A stretch of DNA of 64,000 bases, from the sequence record OR896830.1. One strand, written 5' to 3'. The notes under the pieces were generated by a model. That model was not told where the DNA came from, did not search any database, and saw only the letters and a list, made by a program, of their open reading frames with translations. Every line of letters begins with the position of its first letter. Position 1 is the first letter of the stretch. Shown one piece after another: positions 9,271 through 19,819 of the stretch. A program made the translations under genes and the position numbers. Source of the DNA: Escherichia phage LinBro.

Positions 9271-11452
9271 GCGCCACTGACGCATAAATGCCATTCTTGG
9301 CTTTCTTACGACCCTTACTAATTTCTTGAAGAAGGTTTGTATCCTGAGTAGCTCGACAAGTCAAGATATCTTCCTCTTTATTAAGGCTGAAGTAGATGCT
9401 ATTTAAAGTATGCGCATCAGTTCCTGAGTACACCACGTACAAGTCATTTTCAGAATCATAATGCAAATACTTGTCAATCTCTGGGTTTAGATACTGGTCA
9501 AAATGTTTGCAATAGTATCTGCCATCCTCTTGTTTGACAAACTCAACTTCTTCTTTACCCTCTGTCACTGCTTTGGTGAACTCTTTATCACCCATAAAGT
9601 TACACAGCAGTACAAGTTGCGCGCTATTCATATCTGCTGAAACAATATTAGTTCCTTCTTCACAAGTCCACACCTCCCTCATAGGTGCTCCATAGACAGC
9701 AGCACCAGACGGTACGTTTACAATACCATATTGTGTCATACGTCCAGTTGAAGTACCAAACACCATTGCACCAGCACTAAGGCGACCATCAGGACGAATC
9801 TGGTTCAACCAACCTTTTTCATCATCTTTTGAGTTCTCAATAGTTCTGCGTCGGTGCATTAAAGTATAGTACTTAGCAATCTTCTGTCCAAGCTCACCTT
9901 CAATCGTATCATAAGATGATTCAGTAAGTTTTGGTGAAGTACGGATTAAGCAAGGCTCAAGCAAATCTGTGTACTTCTTCACAGACCAGTTATGCTCAAT
10001 GTACTGTACACCTTCATGTTCAACATAACTCAAACCACACCGCTCAACCATTTCCTGCCACTTAGGATGCTTTGTAATCATCTTTTTATTGTCTTTGAAA
10101 CGACAAACTTTAACAGGGCGACCATCTGAGTCTTTCTTGTAGTTCCAGTCATCTGGAATCCAACCAACTGATTTCAAGTAGTCTTTAACAACTGCTACCT
10201 GAGTCATACGAGAAACTTCGAACTCAATTGGTGTATATGGTGCATCAATCAAACCTGTGTAGCGACTTGACTCAAGTTCAAAGTGATTGACAACGTGACT
10301 GTTATAGTACTTCACAGTCTTGACTGTTTTTACTGGTTTCCAGTCTTTGCATTTTTTGCCAATCTTTGCATTCAACTCGTTGCAGATTGCACGAGCATCC
10401 TTCATCGCTACAAAACCCTCTTTGTACTCTTCACCAGTTACAGAGTTGGTTGGTGTATAGCAATTTCTCTTTTCAATGTTAAAAATCTTTGTAGTTGGCT
10501 TACCAAATGGTTTGATTTCATAAGTCTGCATCTCACCATTACGTACCTGCTGACGGTACTTTGTCTTAGGGTACTTGGTAATTCTCTTCAGTCCATCTGC
10601 ATGACCAAATGTTTCAACATACTCATTCCAAGCTTTTGCAAACTCTTCTCCAGTCACTTTACCTTTGGTCTTAATAGTTGGAGGTAGATGTGGTTCAACC
10701 TCTGAAGCAAGCTCATTAGTCAACTTGTCAAGTTCCTTTACATGGAACTCCATAAGCTCCTTATCAGCTTTCCAACCATTGATAGCTTGTTGACTCATCC
10801 AGAAAGATGTTTCTTTAGCTCGCATATAGGTTTCATAAGTATCTATGCCACACTTCTTAAGCTTGAGATACTCATTATCAAGTGCCCGTTTAGTTTTGGC
10901 GTTAATACGGATATCTTCTACAACACGAGTGAAGATTTCTGCATTCCACACACCCCAATGTTCAATCTCTGGTTTACGGACACCAACACGAGCACCCCAT
11001 GCAGCCAAACCATGAGCACCTTTATAACCCTTTGGGGTTGGCCTATCCATCCACTGAACACGAGACTGGATAAGAGAATCCTGAAAGAAATTACTCCACG
11101 GCTTACATTTTGGATTATCAAAGTTCCATAAATCAGGCGCAATGTGATTGAAAACCCACCAGTCATAGCCGAGACCATTATGGATGCAAAGACGTTTTGC
11201 CTTTAACGCAAATTCAACACCTTCACGTAAGCCGCCCTTGATGTACTTAGTGTACTTGTGACCGAGGATAGGTTCATCTGTAAAGACCCATACAGGTGGC
11301 TCTTCATCATCAGATTTATAGTCTGCGAAAGCCATTACGTGCACTTTAGTGAACTCAAGGAGTAAACCATCAGTTTCTGTATCACCAACCAAATGTAAGT
11401 TTTTAAAATCTACGTTTTCCATTTTTACTCCCTCTAAAATCATTAACCTCAT
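9239..11452 (-). CDS. DNA polymerase (family A), N-terminal segment with 3'-5' exonuclease domain
   Basis: Exo I motif DTETDG near N-terminus, motif A-like ADMNSAQL, motif B start RKKAKNGIYA; last ~10 codons probably intron-encoded. Confidence 0.9.
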   Translation of the reverse strand: MRLMILEGVKMENVDFKNLHLVGDTETDGLLLEFTKVHVMAFADYKSDDEEPPVWVFTDEPILGHKYTKYIKGGLREGVEFALKAKRLCIHNGLGYDWWVFNHIAPDLWNFDNPKCKPWSNFFQDSLIQSRVQWMDRPTPKGYKGAHGLAAWGARVGVRKPEIEHWGVWNAEIFTRVVEDIRINAKTKRALDNEYLKLKKCGIDTYETYMRAKETSFWMSQQAINGWKADKELMEFHVKELDKLTNELASEVEPHLPPTIKTKGKVTGEEFAKAWNEYVETFGHADGLKRITKYPKTKYRQQVRNGEMQTYEIKPFGKPTTKIFNIEKRNCYTPTNSVTGEEYKEGFVAMKDARAICNELNAKIGKKCKDWKPVKTVKTVKYYNSHVVNHFELESSRYTGLIDAPYTPIEFEVSRMTQVAVVKDYLKSVGWIPDDWNYKKDSDGRPVKVCRFKDNKKMITKHPKWQEMVERCGLSYVEHEGVQYIEHNWSVKKYTDLLEPCLIRTSPKLTESSYDTIEGELGQKIAKYYTLMHRRRTIENSKDDEKGWLNQIRPDGRLSAGAMVFGTSTGRMTQYGIVNVPSGAAVYGAPMREVWTCEEGTNIVSADMNSAQLVLLCNFMGDKEFTKAVTEGKEEVEFVKQEDGRYYCKHFDQYLNPEIDKYLHYDSENDLYVVYSGTDAHTLNSIYFSLNKEEDILTCRATQDTNLLQEISKGRKKAKNGIYASVAHVKRCELLEA

Positions 11453-11679
11453 ACATTACTGCAAAAAATTATAAAAAGCAAGTTGACAATGCACTTGACA
11501 AGGTGTTAATCTTTGCGAAGTGGGTTTTTACTTAAAAGGTTACTTAACAGTTTAACTATACAGATACTTTAAAACTCTTAAAAGATTATTTAATAGCTTT
11601 TAAAAAGCTTTAAAGTATAACGTATAGAATACGTTAAGATAAAAGATTAAAACTTAATAGCTACTTAAAAGAGGCTTAC

Positions 11680-12102
11680 ATGCAGAAAATGTTTGTTCAC
11701 CCAGACATAGCTGACTTTGTTAGAGCTTTGCAGAAGTTGGAAGAACTTGACATTGCTGCTCAACGGGAATATGCTCACCATCACAGGAGAATGGTTGATA
11801 TACAACATGAAATAGAGTTGTCTGAAGACTATGAAGATGACTTAAAATGCTCTGTATTTGAGCATATGAAAGATGTTGCTACAGCGAGACGTAAAGCTAA
11901 AGACACAGTTGCTTTACTAGATTCTCTTAAAAAGAGGTTGCAAAGTGGTACAGACCTGTGTAATCTAGCATCACTGATTAACGATGTTGAAACTTCTTGG
12001 GATAGGCACTATTATCCACGTTCTGAAAAGACACTTGACTTTTCTTCATCCGAAAACTTAAAATGTTCTAGAAAGAAACTTAACCAACTGAGAGAGAAAT
12101 AA
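11680..12102 (+). CDS. hypothetical protein
   Basis: 140-aa ORF, first gene of plus-strand block. Confidence 0.45.
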   Translation: MQKMFVHPDIADFVRALQKLEELDIAAQREYAHHHRRMVDIQHEIELSEDYEDDLKCSVFEHMKDVATARRKAKDTVALLDSLKKRLQSGTDLCNLASLINDVETSWDRHYYPRSEKTLDFSSSENLKCSRKKLNQLREK

Positions 12103-12103
12103 T

Positions 12104-12904
12104 ATGAATATCGATGTAGAAAAGATGCTTGAAGAGAAAGGTGTTGATGAAGCATTCTTAATCAATGCCGTAGAAAGCATGGCTATGATTCTTCGTGGCA
12201 ACAACTACACAGAACAGTTTATGCCTGCAAGCTATAACTTGCCTGAAGACAAGTCTGATAACGGTGCTTTTGCAGAACAGGTTAATATGATGTTGACAGA
12301 CACTACACTTGCTCTGGCATCTATTGCGGTTGGTGTTGATGCACTTGCTGAGTTCATTTTTTATGAAATGCAAAAGAATGACTATATCAGGATGTCAGAC
12401 GAAGATAAGGAACTGTTGCTGACTAAGGACACTGATTTCATTATTGATACGCTTATCTCATCAACGAGTGCTGTTATGGCTGTTCTTGAGAAGCGTATGG
12501 AAGAGAAACTTTCACGATATGAAAAACTTGATTGGGGCGTAGAAGAATTAAACCCACGAATCAAAGAGATTATCCAGCAAACTAAAGAGTCTTTGGAAGA
12601 AGCTGTTGAAAATGACTCTGTAGCTGACATTGAACCACTTCAGGTGAAAGTTGCACTGATGATTCCAGCTATATCTACGATGATGAATATCGTTGCACTA
12701 ATCCAACTGTCACAGATGATGGGTGTGAGTATTGAGTTCATTGAGGAAATGACTGGTGGCGTTAGTATGCAAGCAATCAATGATGTTTTGGTGAACATTG
12801 GTGCTTCAATCATTGAAGAGAAACTACGCATTAACTTCGGTGATGATTTTGTGAAGCAAATCTCAGCTATGGCTGAAAAAGAGGCTGCTGAGCAACTGCA
12901 CTAA
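12104..12904 (+). CDS. hypothetical protein
   Basis: 266-aa ORF. Confidence 0.45.
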   Translation: MNIDVEKMLEEKGVDEAFLINAVESMAMILRGNNYTEQFMPASYNLPEDKSDNGAFAEQVNMMLTDTTLALASIAVGVDALAEFIFYEMQKNDYIRMSDEDKELLLTKDTDFIIDTLISSTSAVMAVLEKRMEEKLSRYEKLDWGVEELNPRIKEIIQQTKESLEEAVENDSVADIEPLQVKVALMIPAISTMMNIVALIQLSQMMGVSIEFIEEMTGGVSMQAINDVLVNIGASIIEEKLRINFGDDFVKQISAMAEKEAAEQLH

Positions 12905-12921
12905 GTCTTTATAAATCTTAC

Positions 12922-12947
12922 AAGCCTCCTTAGTTGGGGGCTTTTTA
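12922..12947 (+). terminator. rho-independent terminator
   Basis: AGCCTCC...GGGGGCT hairpin then TTTTT. Confidence 0.55.
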
Positions 12948-12965
12948 GTAATTAAGGGAGATAAA

Positions 12966-13709
12966 ATGAGTAATATTATCGCATTTACTGGAAAGGCACG
13001 TTCTGGAAAAGACACCTCATGTTCTATTGTGAAGAACATCTTAGAGGATGAGTATGGCTACAATGTTGCTGTAATGGCCTTTGCAGACAACCTTAAACTA
13101 TCTGCATCAAAGATATTTGACTTGACTTGGAATGACCTGTACGGTGAAACTAAAGAGACTCCACAGGTTTTTGACTTATCATACTCTGAACTGATGTTTA
13201 AAGTTACGGAAGCTATGGAGTTCACCTTCAGAGATGAACGTTACCATATGGACTTCAAGCTTATGTCAGAGTTAACCGGACGATTAATCATGGAGCTTAA
13301 GAAGGTTGCTAAACCGACTCTATTGACACGTCTGGGGTTTAGTAAAAAGTATAAATTCTCATCAAGACAAATTCAACAGGTTTGGGGTACTGAAGTTGTC
13401 CGTAAAGTAATGGGCGACAAGTTCTGGTCTAAAGACCTTGAAAAAAGAATGGTTAGATTCCATGAAATGTGCTCACTTAGAAACCAATATGGTTTTGTCT
13501 TAATCAGTGATTTAAGATTTGACTCTGAAGCTGAATGGCTGAGTAGATTTGCACACCAAACTATTGAAGTAAAAAGAGACAATGTGGACAAAGTTTCATC
13601 ACATGTTTCAGAAAATGGGATTTCTACAAAATATGAGCGTGACATTATTCATAATAATGGTACTCTTGCAGACCTTGAGAACAAGCTAAGAGCCATCATT
13701 AAAGTTTAA
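12966..13709 (+). CDS. deoxynucleoside monophosphate kinase
   Basis: N-terminal P-loop IIAFTGKARSGKDT, resembling T4 gp1. Confidence 0.65.
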   Translation: MSNIIAFTGKARSGKDTSCSIVKNILEDEYGYNVAVMAFADNLKLSASKIFDLTWNDLYGETKETPQVFDLSYSELMFKVTEAMEFTFRDERYHMDFKLMSELTGRLIMELKKVAKPTLLTRLGFSKKYKFSSRQIQQVWGTEVVRKVMGDKFWSKDLEKRMVRFHEMCSLRNQYGFVLISDLRFDSEAEWLSRFAHQTIEVKRDNVDKVSSHVSENGISTKYERDIIHNNGTLADLENKLRAIIKV

Positions 13710-13717
13710 AAGAGAGA

Positions 13718-13918
13718 ATGAAGATGAGAGTAAAAGACAATTTTAAAGTTATTGACCACCGTTTAGTGGAACTCTCATCTCTTTCCAATGAGGTAATGAT
13801 TGAACGTCTTAAGAGGGTTGAATCACGAAGGAAAGAGATTGCAGATGAAATTCATGAACTGGACAAGATTGAAAATGGATTGAAGGAAGAACTACAACGA
13901 AGAGGTGCTAATGTCTAA
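13718..13918 (+). CDS. hypothetical protein
   Basis: 66-aa ORF. Confidence 0.35.
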   Translation: MKMRVKDNFKVIDHRLVELSSLSNEVMIERLKRVESRRKEIADEIHELDKIENGLKEELQRRGANV

Positions 13919-15896
13919 AGGTCGTAAATTGAAAGAGGCTGGTCAGTTTGTTGGTCATTGCGCATGTCCACGTTGTGGTTCATCAGATGCTGGTTCAATC
14001 TATCATCATGACGATGGTTCTTATTCAATGACTTGCTTTAGTTGTAACAAAGGTTTCCCAGAGTGGGATTTTGATAAAGGACAAATCGTGAGCACTTATT
14101 CTACTGGTTCAGACAATAAAAACCGTACTTTCCGTGGAATGGATTTAGACGATGTGAAAGAAAACCTTGAAGCAATGGACTTAAAGGATAGGAAGATTCC
14201 TGCAAAAGTCCTTGAACGCTTAGGTATCAAGGTTGACATTGACAGTGACGGTGAAATTGATGCGCACTTCTATCCAACTTACAAACGTAATGAAGATGGT
14301 AAGCTGGAACATGTTGGCTACCGTGTTCGTCACCGTTACCCAGAAGACCATCCAAAAGAGCACCTACGTGGTAAGCTAAAAGACTTTTCTGGTGGTGTTG
14401 GAGACATTAAAGGTGAACTAGCAATGTTCGGTTCATGGATTGCTCCAGAAGGTGGTAACCGTCTATTCATCTGGGAAGGTGAGATGGAATGTGCGACAGC
14501 AATCTATATGACTTCTCTTGCGATTAAGGACAAGTCTCGTCGTAAGAATTACTGTCACGTATCTGTTCCATCAGGTGCAAACATTAAGTCTATCAAAGAC
14601 AACTATCAGTACATCACATCATTTGATGAGATTTACTTGTGCTTTGATAACGATGAAGCAGGTGCTAAAGCCACTAAAGAGGCTGCTGGCATTCTCCCTA
14701 TCGAGAAGGTTCGTTTATTCCAGTATCCAGAAGGTGTAAAAGACCTTAACGAATGGTGGACAAAGTTCTATAAAGAGAAAGATACAGTTCTTGAAGGGTT
14801 TAAGCAGCGTATATACAATGCACCCCGTTACTGCCCTGCTGGTATCAAGAACTTCGCAGATGGTTTTGAGGCAATGAAGAATCGTGGTCAGATTCCATTG
14901 ATTCCTTTCCCAGAATCATTCGGAGATTTGAACAGACTGACTTATGGCGGTTATGGTTTAGGTGAGATTACAACTCTGGCAGCACCCTCTTCAGTGGGTA
15001 AATCTGCATACACTCGTGAAATGATTTACACAGCTTGGAAAGAAACCGATTACAATATTGGTGTAATTCCTGTAGAAGATACCTATGAAGAGTTGATGGA
15101 GATGCTTTGTGCAATCCACCTTAGCAAGCAGATTTCTGAGATTCCTTATGACGAACGCGATTGGGATGAATTGAAGGAAGCACACGCAGAACTGTCTAAA
15201 GGTCGTCGTATCCACATCGTAGACCATCAAGGGGCAATTGACCAAGATAACTTGCTGGAGTTTGTTGACTATCTTGTTAATAGCTTAGACTGTAAGATTA
15301 TTATTCTTGACCCTATTACGTTGGCTCTGTCACGTTCAGATACGGATGAAGAGGAAGTTTTGTCTGAGCTATTGCGTCGTTGCAAACGCTACCAGTATGC
15401 ACAAGTGAACGTCTGTCACGTTCGTAAGAGTGCAGGTGGTCAGAAGGCTAACTCTGAAGGTGGGGATATCTCTGAAGAGGATATTAAAGGCTCTGGTGCG
15501 TATTTCCAGATTTCTATGAACAACATTCTGTTAATGCGTAACAAGGTTGACCCAGACCCTGTTAAGAAAAACTTGACAAAAATCAAGCTAACTAAATGTC
15601 GTCGTCACGGTAAGTCAACGGGTATTGCTGGTCATACTTGGTACAATCCAGATACAGGACGCCTCATCAAAGCATCTGGTTGCGGAGTTGACATTGATGG
15701 TGCAGCAGAAAATATTCGCCAACAGTTTGGTATTGGTGAAGCTGAAGACCATTACGATGACTCTTTGCCACATTATGAGGATGAAGTGTTTGACCGTGAG
15801 ACTGGTGAAGTCTATGCTGAAGAGCAGCGCCAAAGCTCAACGATTCCACCTGTATTAAGTGAGGATGCAGATGACTGCCCATTCGAAACTGAGTGA
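13905..15896 (+). CDS. DNA primase/helicase (T7 gp4-like)
   Basis: N-terminal Zn ribbon CACPRCG...CFSCNKG, TOPRIM-like EGEMECATA / FDNDEAG, helicase Walker A APSSVGKSA and Walker B IIILD. Confidence 0.85.
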   Translation: MLMSKGRKLKEAGQFVGHCACPRCGSSDAGSIYHHDDGSYSMTCFSCNKGFPEWDFDKGQIVSTYSTGSDNKNRTFRGMDLDDVKENLEAMDLKDRKIPAKVLERLGIKVDIDSDGEIDAHFYPTYKRNEDGKLEHVGYRVRHRYPEDHPKEHLRGKLKDFSGGVGDIKGELAMFGSWIAPEGGNRLFIWEGEMECATAIYMTSLAIKDKSRRKNYCHVSVPSGANIKSIKDNYQYITSFDEIYLCFDNDEAGAKATKEAAGILPIEKVRLFQYPEGVKDLNEWWTKFYKEKDTVLEGFKQRIYNAPRYCPAGIKNFADGFEAMKNRGQIPLIPFPESFGDLNRLTYGGYGLGEITTLAAPSSVGKSAYTREMIYTAWKETDYNIGVIPVEDTYEELMEMLCAIHLSKQISEIPYDERDWDELKEAHAELSKGRRIHIVDHQGAIDQDNLLEFVDYLVNSLDCKIIILDPITLALSRSDTDEEEVLSELLRRCKRYQYAQVNVCHVRKSAGGQKANSEGGDISEEDIKGSGAYFQISMNNILLMRNKVDPDPVKKNLTKIKLTKCRRHGKSTGIAGHTWYNPDTGRLIKASGCGVDIDGAAENIRQQFGIGEAEDHYDDSLPHYEDEVFDRETGEVYAEEQRQSSTIPPVLSEDADDCPFETE

Positions 15897-16148
15897 TAGT
15901 TATAAAAGAGAGGGGTTCACACCCTTCTTTGAAGAAAAAAGTTTAAATAAATTTCAGGAAGAGTGTTTGACAAAGATTGATAGACTCTATAGAATGCTCC
16001 TCATGAAATGCGATGGAGAGGTTGAGATAAAAGAAGATTTTCACCAGAGCATGATTACAGTCATCATTGCGCTGCCTCAGCATAATATTAGTTGGCTGTT
16101 TATAATTAAAGAAAATGTGTTTGAATATCAAGTATATCGGAGAATATC

Positions 16149-16298
16149 ATGAAACACTCTAAAGCATTTGAAAAAGTTTTTGGGGATTCCTTAAAAGCCA
16201 CTGCTGGAAAACCAGCAAAATACTATGAAGAAAAACGTGTAAGAACTGGAAAAACTGCACGTAAAGCAGCTTCTAAAGATAAGCACAACTTCCAGTAA
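16149..16298 (+). CDS. small basic protein
   Basis: 49-aa ORF below the track cutoff, found by reading the intergenic gap. Confidence 0.25.
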   Translation: MKHSKAFEKVFGDSLKATAGKPAKYYEEKRVRTGKTARKAASKDKHNFQ

Positions 16299-16370
16299 TT
16301 AGTATTTGACAATAGAGTATCAACAAACTAGAATTGGTACTCTTCATAAATTGAGATAGAGGTTTAAATA

Positions 16371-17228
16371 ATGTCTAAAGTTGTTAAAATGAAAGCTCCG
16401 GTAGAGAAATACAATGGTACTGAACGCCAAACTCTGCGATACCTGCTGAAAGATGTCTGGTTTTATTACCTGAACACTTCACCACGTCCGGGAAAAGGTA
16501 AGTCTATTGATAAGAAATTCCCAGGCAAAGACTGTAACTACAGCGTATCAATTCTGGCAGAAGACGGTAACAAACTGTTTAAAGAGTTTACTAAGTCTAA
16601 GAAAAATCCAGAAGGCTGGGATAAAGTCACTACTGAAGCAGTTGATGCAGATGACTTCGAAGAGAAGTTTGGTTGTAAACCACCTTTTGAAGCAGACACT
16701 TACTACATCTTGAAAGTAAGTCGTGCAGCAGCTTATAAAGATGGTGCTGTGTGGACAGCTAAACAGTCATTCCCTGTAATGCTGATTGAAGAAGTAAATG
16801 GTAAGCGTGTAGCTGTTAAACAGCCGATGAAGAAAATCAAAGCTCAAGCATCTGACAAACATGAAGATGATAAGAACTATGATGTAATTCATCCAGATAT
16901 TGCAGTTGGTAACGGTTCTTTTGGTAGTGTGATTCTTTCTACTCACTTCTACACTTTTGAGAACAATGTCCTGACAAAACCTATTCAGGAACAGTTTATC
17001 ATTGACACTCTTGTACCTTACACTGGTGGTAACGGTACTAATGGTGAACCTGAACTGGATGAAGATGAACTGGCTATGCTTGGTCTTGATGGTGTCGAAG
17101 ATAACGGTGAAATCACTGAAGAAGACGCAACAGACCATAAATCTTCGAATGATTCTGATGATGGTGACGATGAAGACTTGCCAGACCCAGATGACGAAGA
17201 AGATGAAGACTTCGATACAGAAGACTAA
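16371..17228 (+). CDS. single-stranded DNA-binding protein
   Basis: Long acidic C-terminal tail (DDGDDEDLPDPDDEEDEDFDTED) as in phage SSBs; position in replication module. Confidence 0.5.
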   Translation: MSKVVKMKAPVEKYNGTERQTLRYLLKDVWFYYLNTSPRPGKGKSIDKKFPGKDCNYSVSILAEDGNKLFKEFTKSKKNPEGWDKVTTEAVDADDFEEKFGCKPPFEADTYYILKVSRAAAYKDGAVWTAKQSFPVMLIEEVNGKRVAVKQPMKKIKAQASDKHEDDKNYDVIHPDIAVGNGSFGSVILSTHFYTFENNVLTKPIQEQFIIDTLVPYTGGNGTNGEPELDEDELAMLGLDGVEDNGEITEEDATDHKSSNDSDDGDDEDLPDPDDEEDEDFDTED

Positions 17229-17247
17229 TCTCTAAAAGTTACTTTAA

Positions 17248-17276
17248 AGCCCTGTACTTAGTATGGGGCTTTTTCA
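17248..17276 (+). terminator. rho-independent terminator
   Basis: AGCCCTGTAC...GTATGGGGCT hairpin then TTTTT. Confidence 0.5.
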
Positions 17277-17290
17277 TATGGAGAGCCATA

Positions 17291-18331
17291 ATGGAGAAGT
17301 ACACATTAACAAAGCTTCCCGATTCAGTTACACATGTCTTTATTGACTCTGACAGCATTGCCTATAAAGGTGCTTGTGTAGTTGAGAAAGCAAAGTATAA
17401 ATACGTTAATAAACTCACCGCAGAAGAATCTGAGCCATTTGATAATGCAAAAGATGCTGCAAGATGGTTAGCAGACCAGAGAATCCTTGTAGAAGAGCTT
17501 GGCCTAGCATTTGATGAAGATGAATGGGAAAGACAGACTTGGAAAGAAGCTAAGAGTGAAAAAGAAGCTATCATGGCTACTCAGCAGGTTCTTCAGGAAT
17601 GGCTTAAGGTTGTTGGTAAAGAAAGAACTTGGGTAGGTTATTTAACAGAGAAGGGCGTGCATAAACATAAAGACATTAAAGGTCTTGAGCACCAATATCA
17701 AGGTAACCGTAAAGATGCTGTCACACCAACACACTTAGTTGCTTGTCGTGAATACCTTCTGTCAAGACCAGAGTTCAAACTGATTCTTGATGGATTTGAA
17801 GCCGACTCTATCGTTATTGCTAAAGCTGAAAAGATGGGTAAAAAGGCTGCCTTGATGAGTATTGATAAAGACCTTCGCCAAGCTGAAGGGACTTACTGCA
17901 TTGATATGACCTATGAGAAGTCACCTTTGATTTTCATTGCTGACAACAACGTAGGTGAAATTTGGGATTGCCCAATAAAATCAACACCAAAAGCTAAGAA
18001 GACAGTTGGTGTAGGTTTTAAATTCCTTTGTTATCAAGCTGTGGCTGGTGACAATGCTGATAATTATTTTGGTTTAAAGGGCGTTGGTAAGGCTACTGTA
18101 ATGAAAGCCCTTGAAGGTAAAACCACTTACAAAGAGTGTCTTGATGCAATTTATGAGCTTTATGCTAAGAAAGAGTCATACACTTATGTCTCGTGGGATG
18201 GTCAAACAATTACCAGAACACCTTTAGAGTTAATGCAGCAACACTTTTTCTTAGCTTATCAGGAAAGAAACAAGAAAGACGATTTCACTTTTAAGAAATA
18301 TAATTGGGAGCCGTGTATGAATGAAGATTAA
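17291..18331 (+). CDS. 5'-3' exonuclease / flap endonuclease
   Basis: H3TH-like GDNADNYFGLKGVGKAT and N-terminal acidic DSDSIAYK cluster. Confidence 0.65.
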   Translation: MEKYTLTKLPDSVTHVFIDSDSIAYKGACVVEKAKYKYVNKLTAEESEPFDNAKDAARWLADQRILVEELGLAFDEDEWERQTWKEAKSEKEAIMATQQVLQEWLKVVGKERTWVGYLTEKGVHKHKDIKGLEHQYQGNRKDAVTPTHLVACREYLLSRPEFKLILDGFEADSIVIAKAEKMGKKAALMSIDKDLRQAEGTYCIDMTYEKSPLIFIADNNVGEIWDCPIKSTPKAKKTVGVGFKFLCYQAVAGDNADNYFGLKGVGKATVMKALEGKTTYKECLDAIYELYAKKESYTYVSWDGQTITRTPLELMQQHFFLAYQERNKKDDFTFKKYNWEPCMNED

Positions 18332-18818
18332 AGGATTTGGCAATTGCCCCACCTACGGTCATTGGGTATCTTTATGTGGGGAAGTTGACCCCACTAAACA
18401 TTTTGGCTTTGTCTACCTAGTGTACTGCAAAAAGACTGGACAGTATTATTTGGGTAAAAAACAGCTTAACAGTGTGACCAAAAGAAAAGTTGCTGGGAAG
18501 ACTCGGAAGAAGGTAGTCACTAAGGAGAGTGATTGGATGACTTACGAGACTTCTTCTGAGTATATTAAAAAAGATATTGAGAGTTTTGGAAAAGAATTTT
18601 TTGACTTTTACATTATTCAGACCTACTACACAAAAGGTGGCCTAGTCTATGGTGAAGCAAACCTTCAACATAAATTCGATGTAATGACAAAAAGGATTGA
18701 CTCTAAGCTCAGACTCTTCTACAATGCCAATATTGCAGCAATTAAGTTTATCACTAAAGAAACTTATGAAGATGCTGAAAAAAGAATCCATAAGGTCATG
18801 AAAGCAAATTGTGCTTGA
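18321..18818 (+). CDS. GIY-YIG-like nuclease
   Basis: FVYLVYC...QYYLGKK resembles GIY-(10)-YIG spacing, with downstream Arg. Confidence 0.35.
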   Translation: MKIKGFGNCPTYGHWVSLCGEVDPTKHFGFVYLVYCKKTGQYYLGKKQLNSVTKRKVAGKTRKKVVTKESDWMTYETSSEYIKKDIESFGKEFFDFYIIQTYYTKGGLVYGEANLQHKFDVMTKRIDSKLRLFYNANIAAIKFITKETYEDAEKRIHKVMKANCA

Positions 18819-18824
18819 TAACTA

Positions 18825-19088
18825 TTGAGAGAGAATAAAATGTTTAACAAAAGTAAAGCTGTGAGTCATGTAGCAAAAGTTGACAGCAAGATTGAAGAAC
18901 TTGAGCGCATTCTTGCAAATGCTAGAGAATCAATAATTAAAGAAGTTGAAGCTGTTGAATCACAAATGCAGCACCTAATGCTTAAACGCCAAGAGCTACG
19001 TGAGCATCTAGAATATATTGAAACACGAGAGCTAAAGGTTAACAGATATTTTAAGGAGTCCAAATGTTTAACTCAAGAGAATCAGTAA
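18825..19088 (+). CDS. hypothetical coiled-coil protein
   Basis: 87-aa ORF. Confidence 0.4.
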   Translation: MRENKMFNKSKAVSHVAKVDSKIEELERILANARESIIKEVEAVESQMQHLMLKRQELREHLEYIETRELKVNRYFKESKCLTQENQ

Positions 19089-19819
19089 AAAACTGGAATC
19101 TTCGTTGTGGAAACACTCAAAAACAACCTTACAGTAATGAGTATTGGGAATCTTTGAAATCTCAATCTCTGTGTATGCTTGAAGAAGCAAAAGAGCTTGT
19201 AAAAGCAATTGAAGAGAAAGACCCCATTGAGACACTGGATGCTCAGGCAGATTTGCAATATGTTCTTGACGGTTTGATTTACCTGTCACAACATGACCAT
19301 AACGGTGCTATGAAAGCTGTTTGCCATAATAATGACCTGAAATACACAGATGACTATGAAGAGGCTTTAAAACGTCTTGCAGACATTGAAAAGCGTACTG
19401 GTCAAGAGTGTATTATCAGAATGTCAGTAGTTGATGGTAAAGAGTGGTATGTGATTGTTCGTGCAGCCGATGGGAAGATTATGAAGCAATCAAATCTCCC
19501 TAAAGTACAGCTTGGTGAATACATTGTAGAACTTGAAAGCCAAGAACTTTTTGTGGTAGTATCTGAGACATGCGTTATCTGCAAAGGTATTGTAGGTAGC
19601 TTAAAGGATTTGGGTGTAGATGGTTTTGTAGAAGTTAATCCAATTACCTCTAAAGCAGATAAAGACTTCTGTAAAGAGAATGGACTATGGATTGCAGATA
19701 TTGTCTATTATGATGGTGAGCAGTTCCATGTAACCTCATACCCGAAACTGAATTATGATGCTAATAACCTGAAGTGCTGGTTAAAAGGGGTTGGTTATAA
19801 TGGATTCACAGAACATTAA
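19064..19819 (+). CDS. hypothetical protein
   Basis: 251-aa ORF. Confidence 0.45.
   Translation: MFNSRESVKNWNLRCGNTQKQPYSNEYWESLKSQSLCMLEEAKELVKAIEEKDPIETLDAQADLQYVLDGLIYLSQHDHNGAMKAVCHNNDLKYTDDYEEALKRLADIEKRTGQECIIRMSVVDGKEWYVIVRAADGKIMKQSNLPKVQLGEYIVELESQELFVVVSETCVICKGIVGSLKDLGVDGFVEVNPITSKADKDFCKENGLWIADIVYYDGEQFHVTSYPKLNYDANNLKCWLKGVGYNGFTEH

Noticed and set aside
10283-11178. Internal and antisense ORFs within the DNA polymerase gene (10283..10687, 10742..11131, 10918..11178); similar ones inside nrdA, Nampt-like, primase and rIIB genes
   Set aside because: Fully contained in strongly supported genes with recognisable motifs; low-complexity translations.
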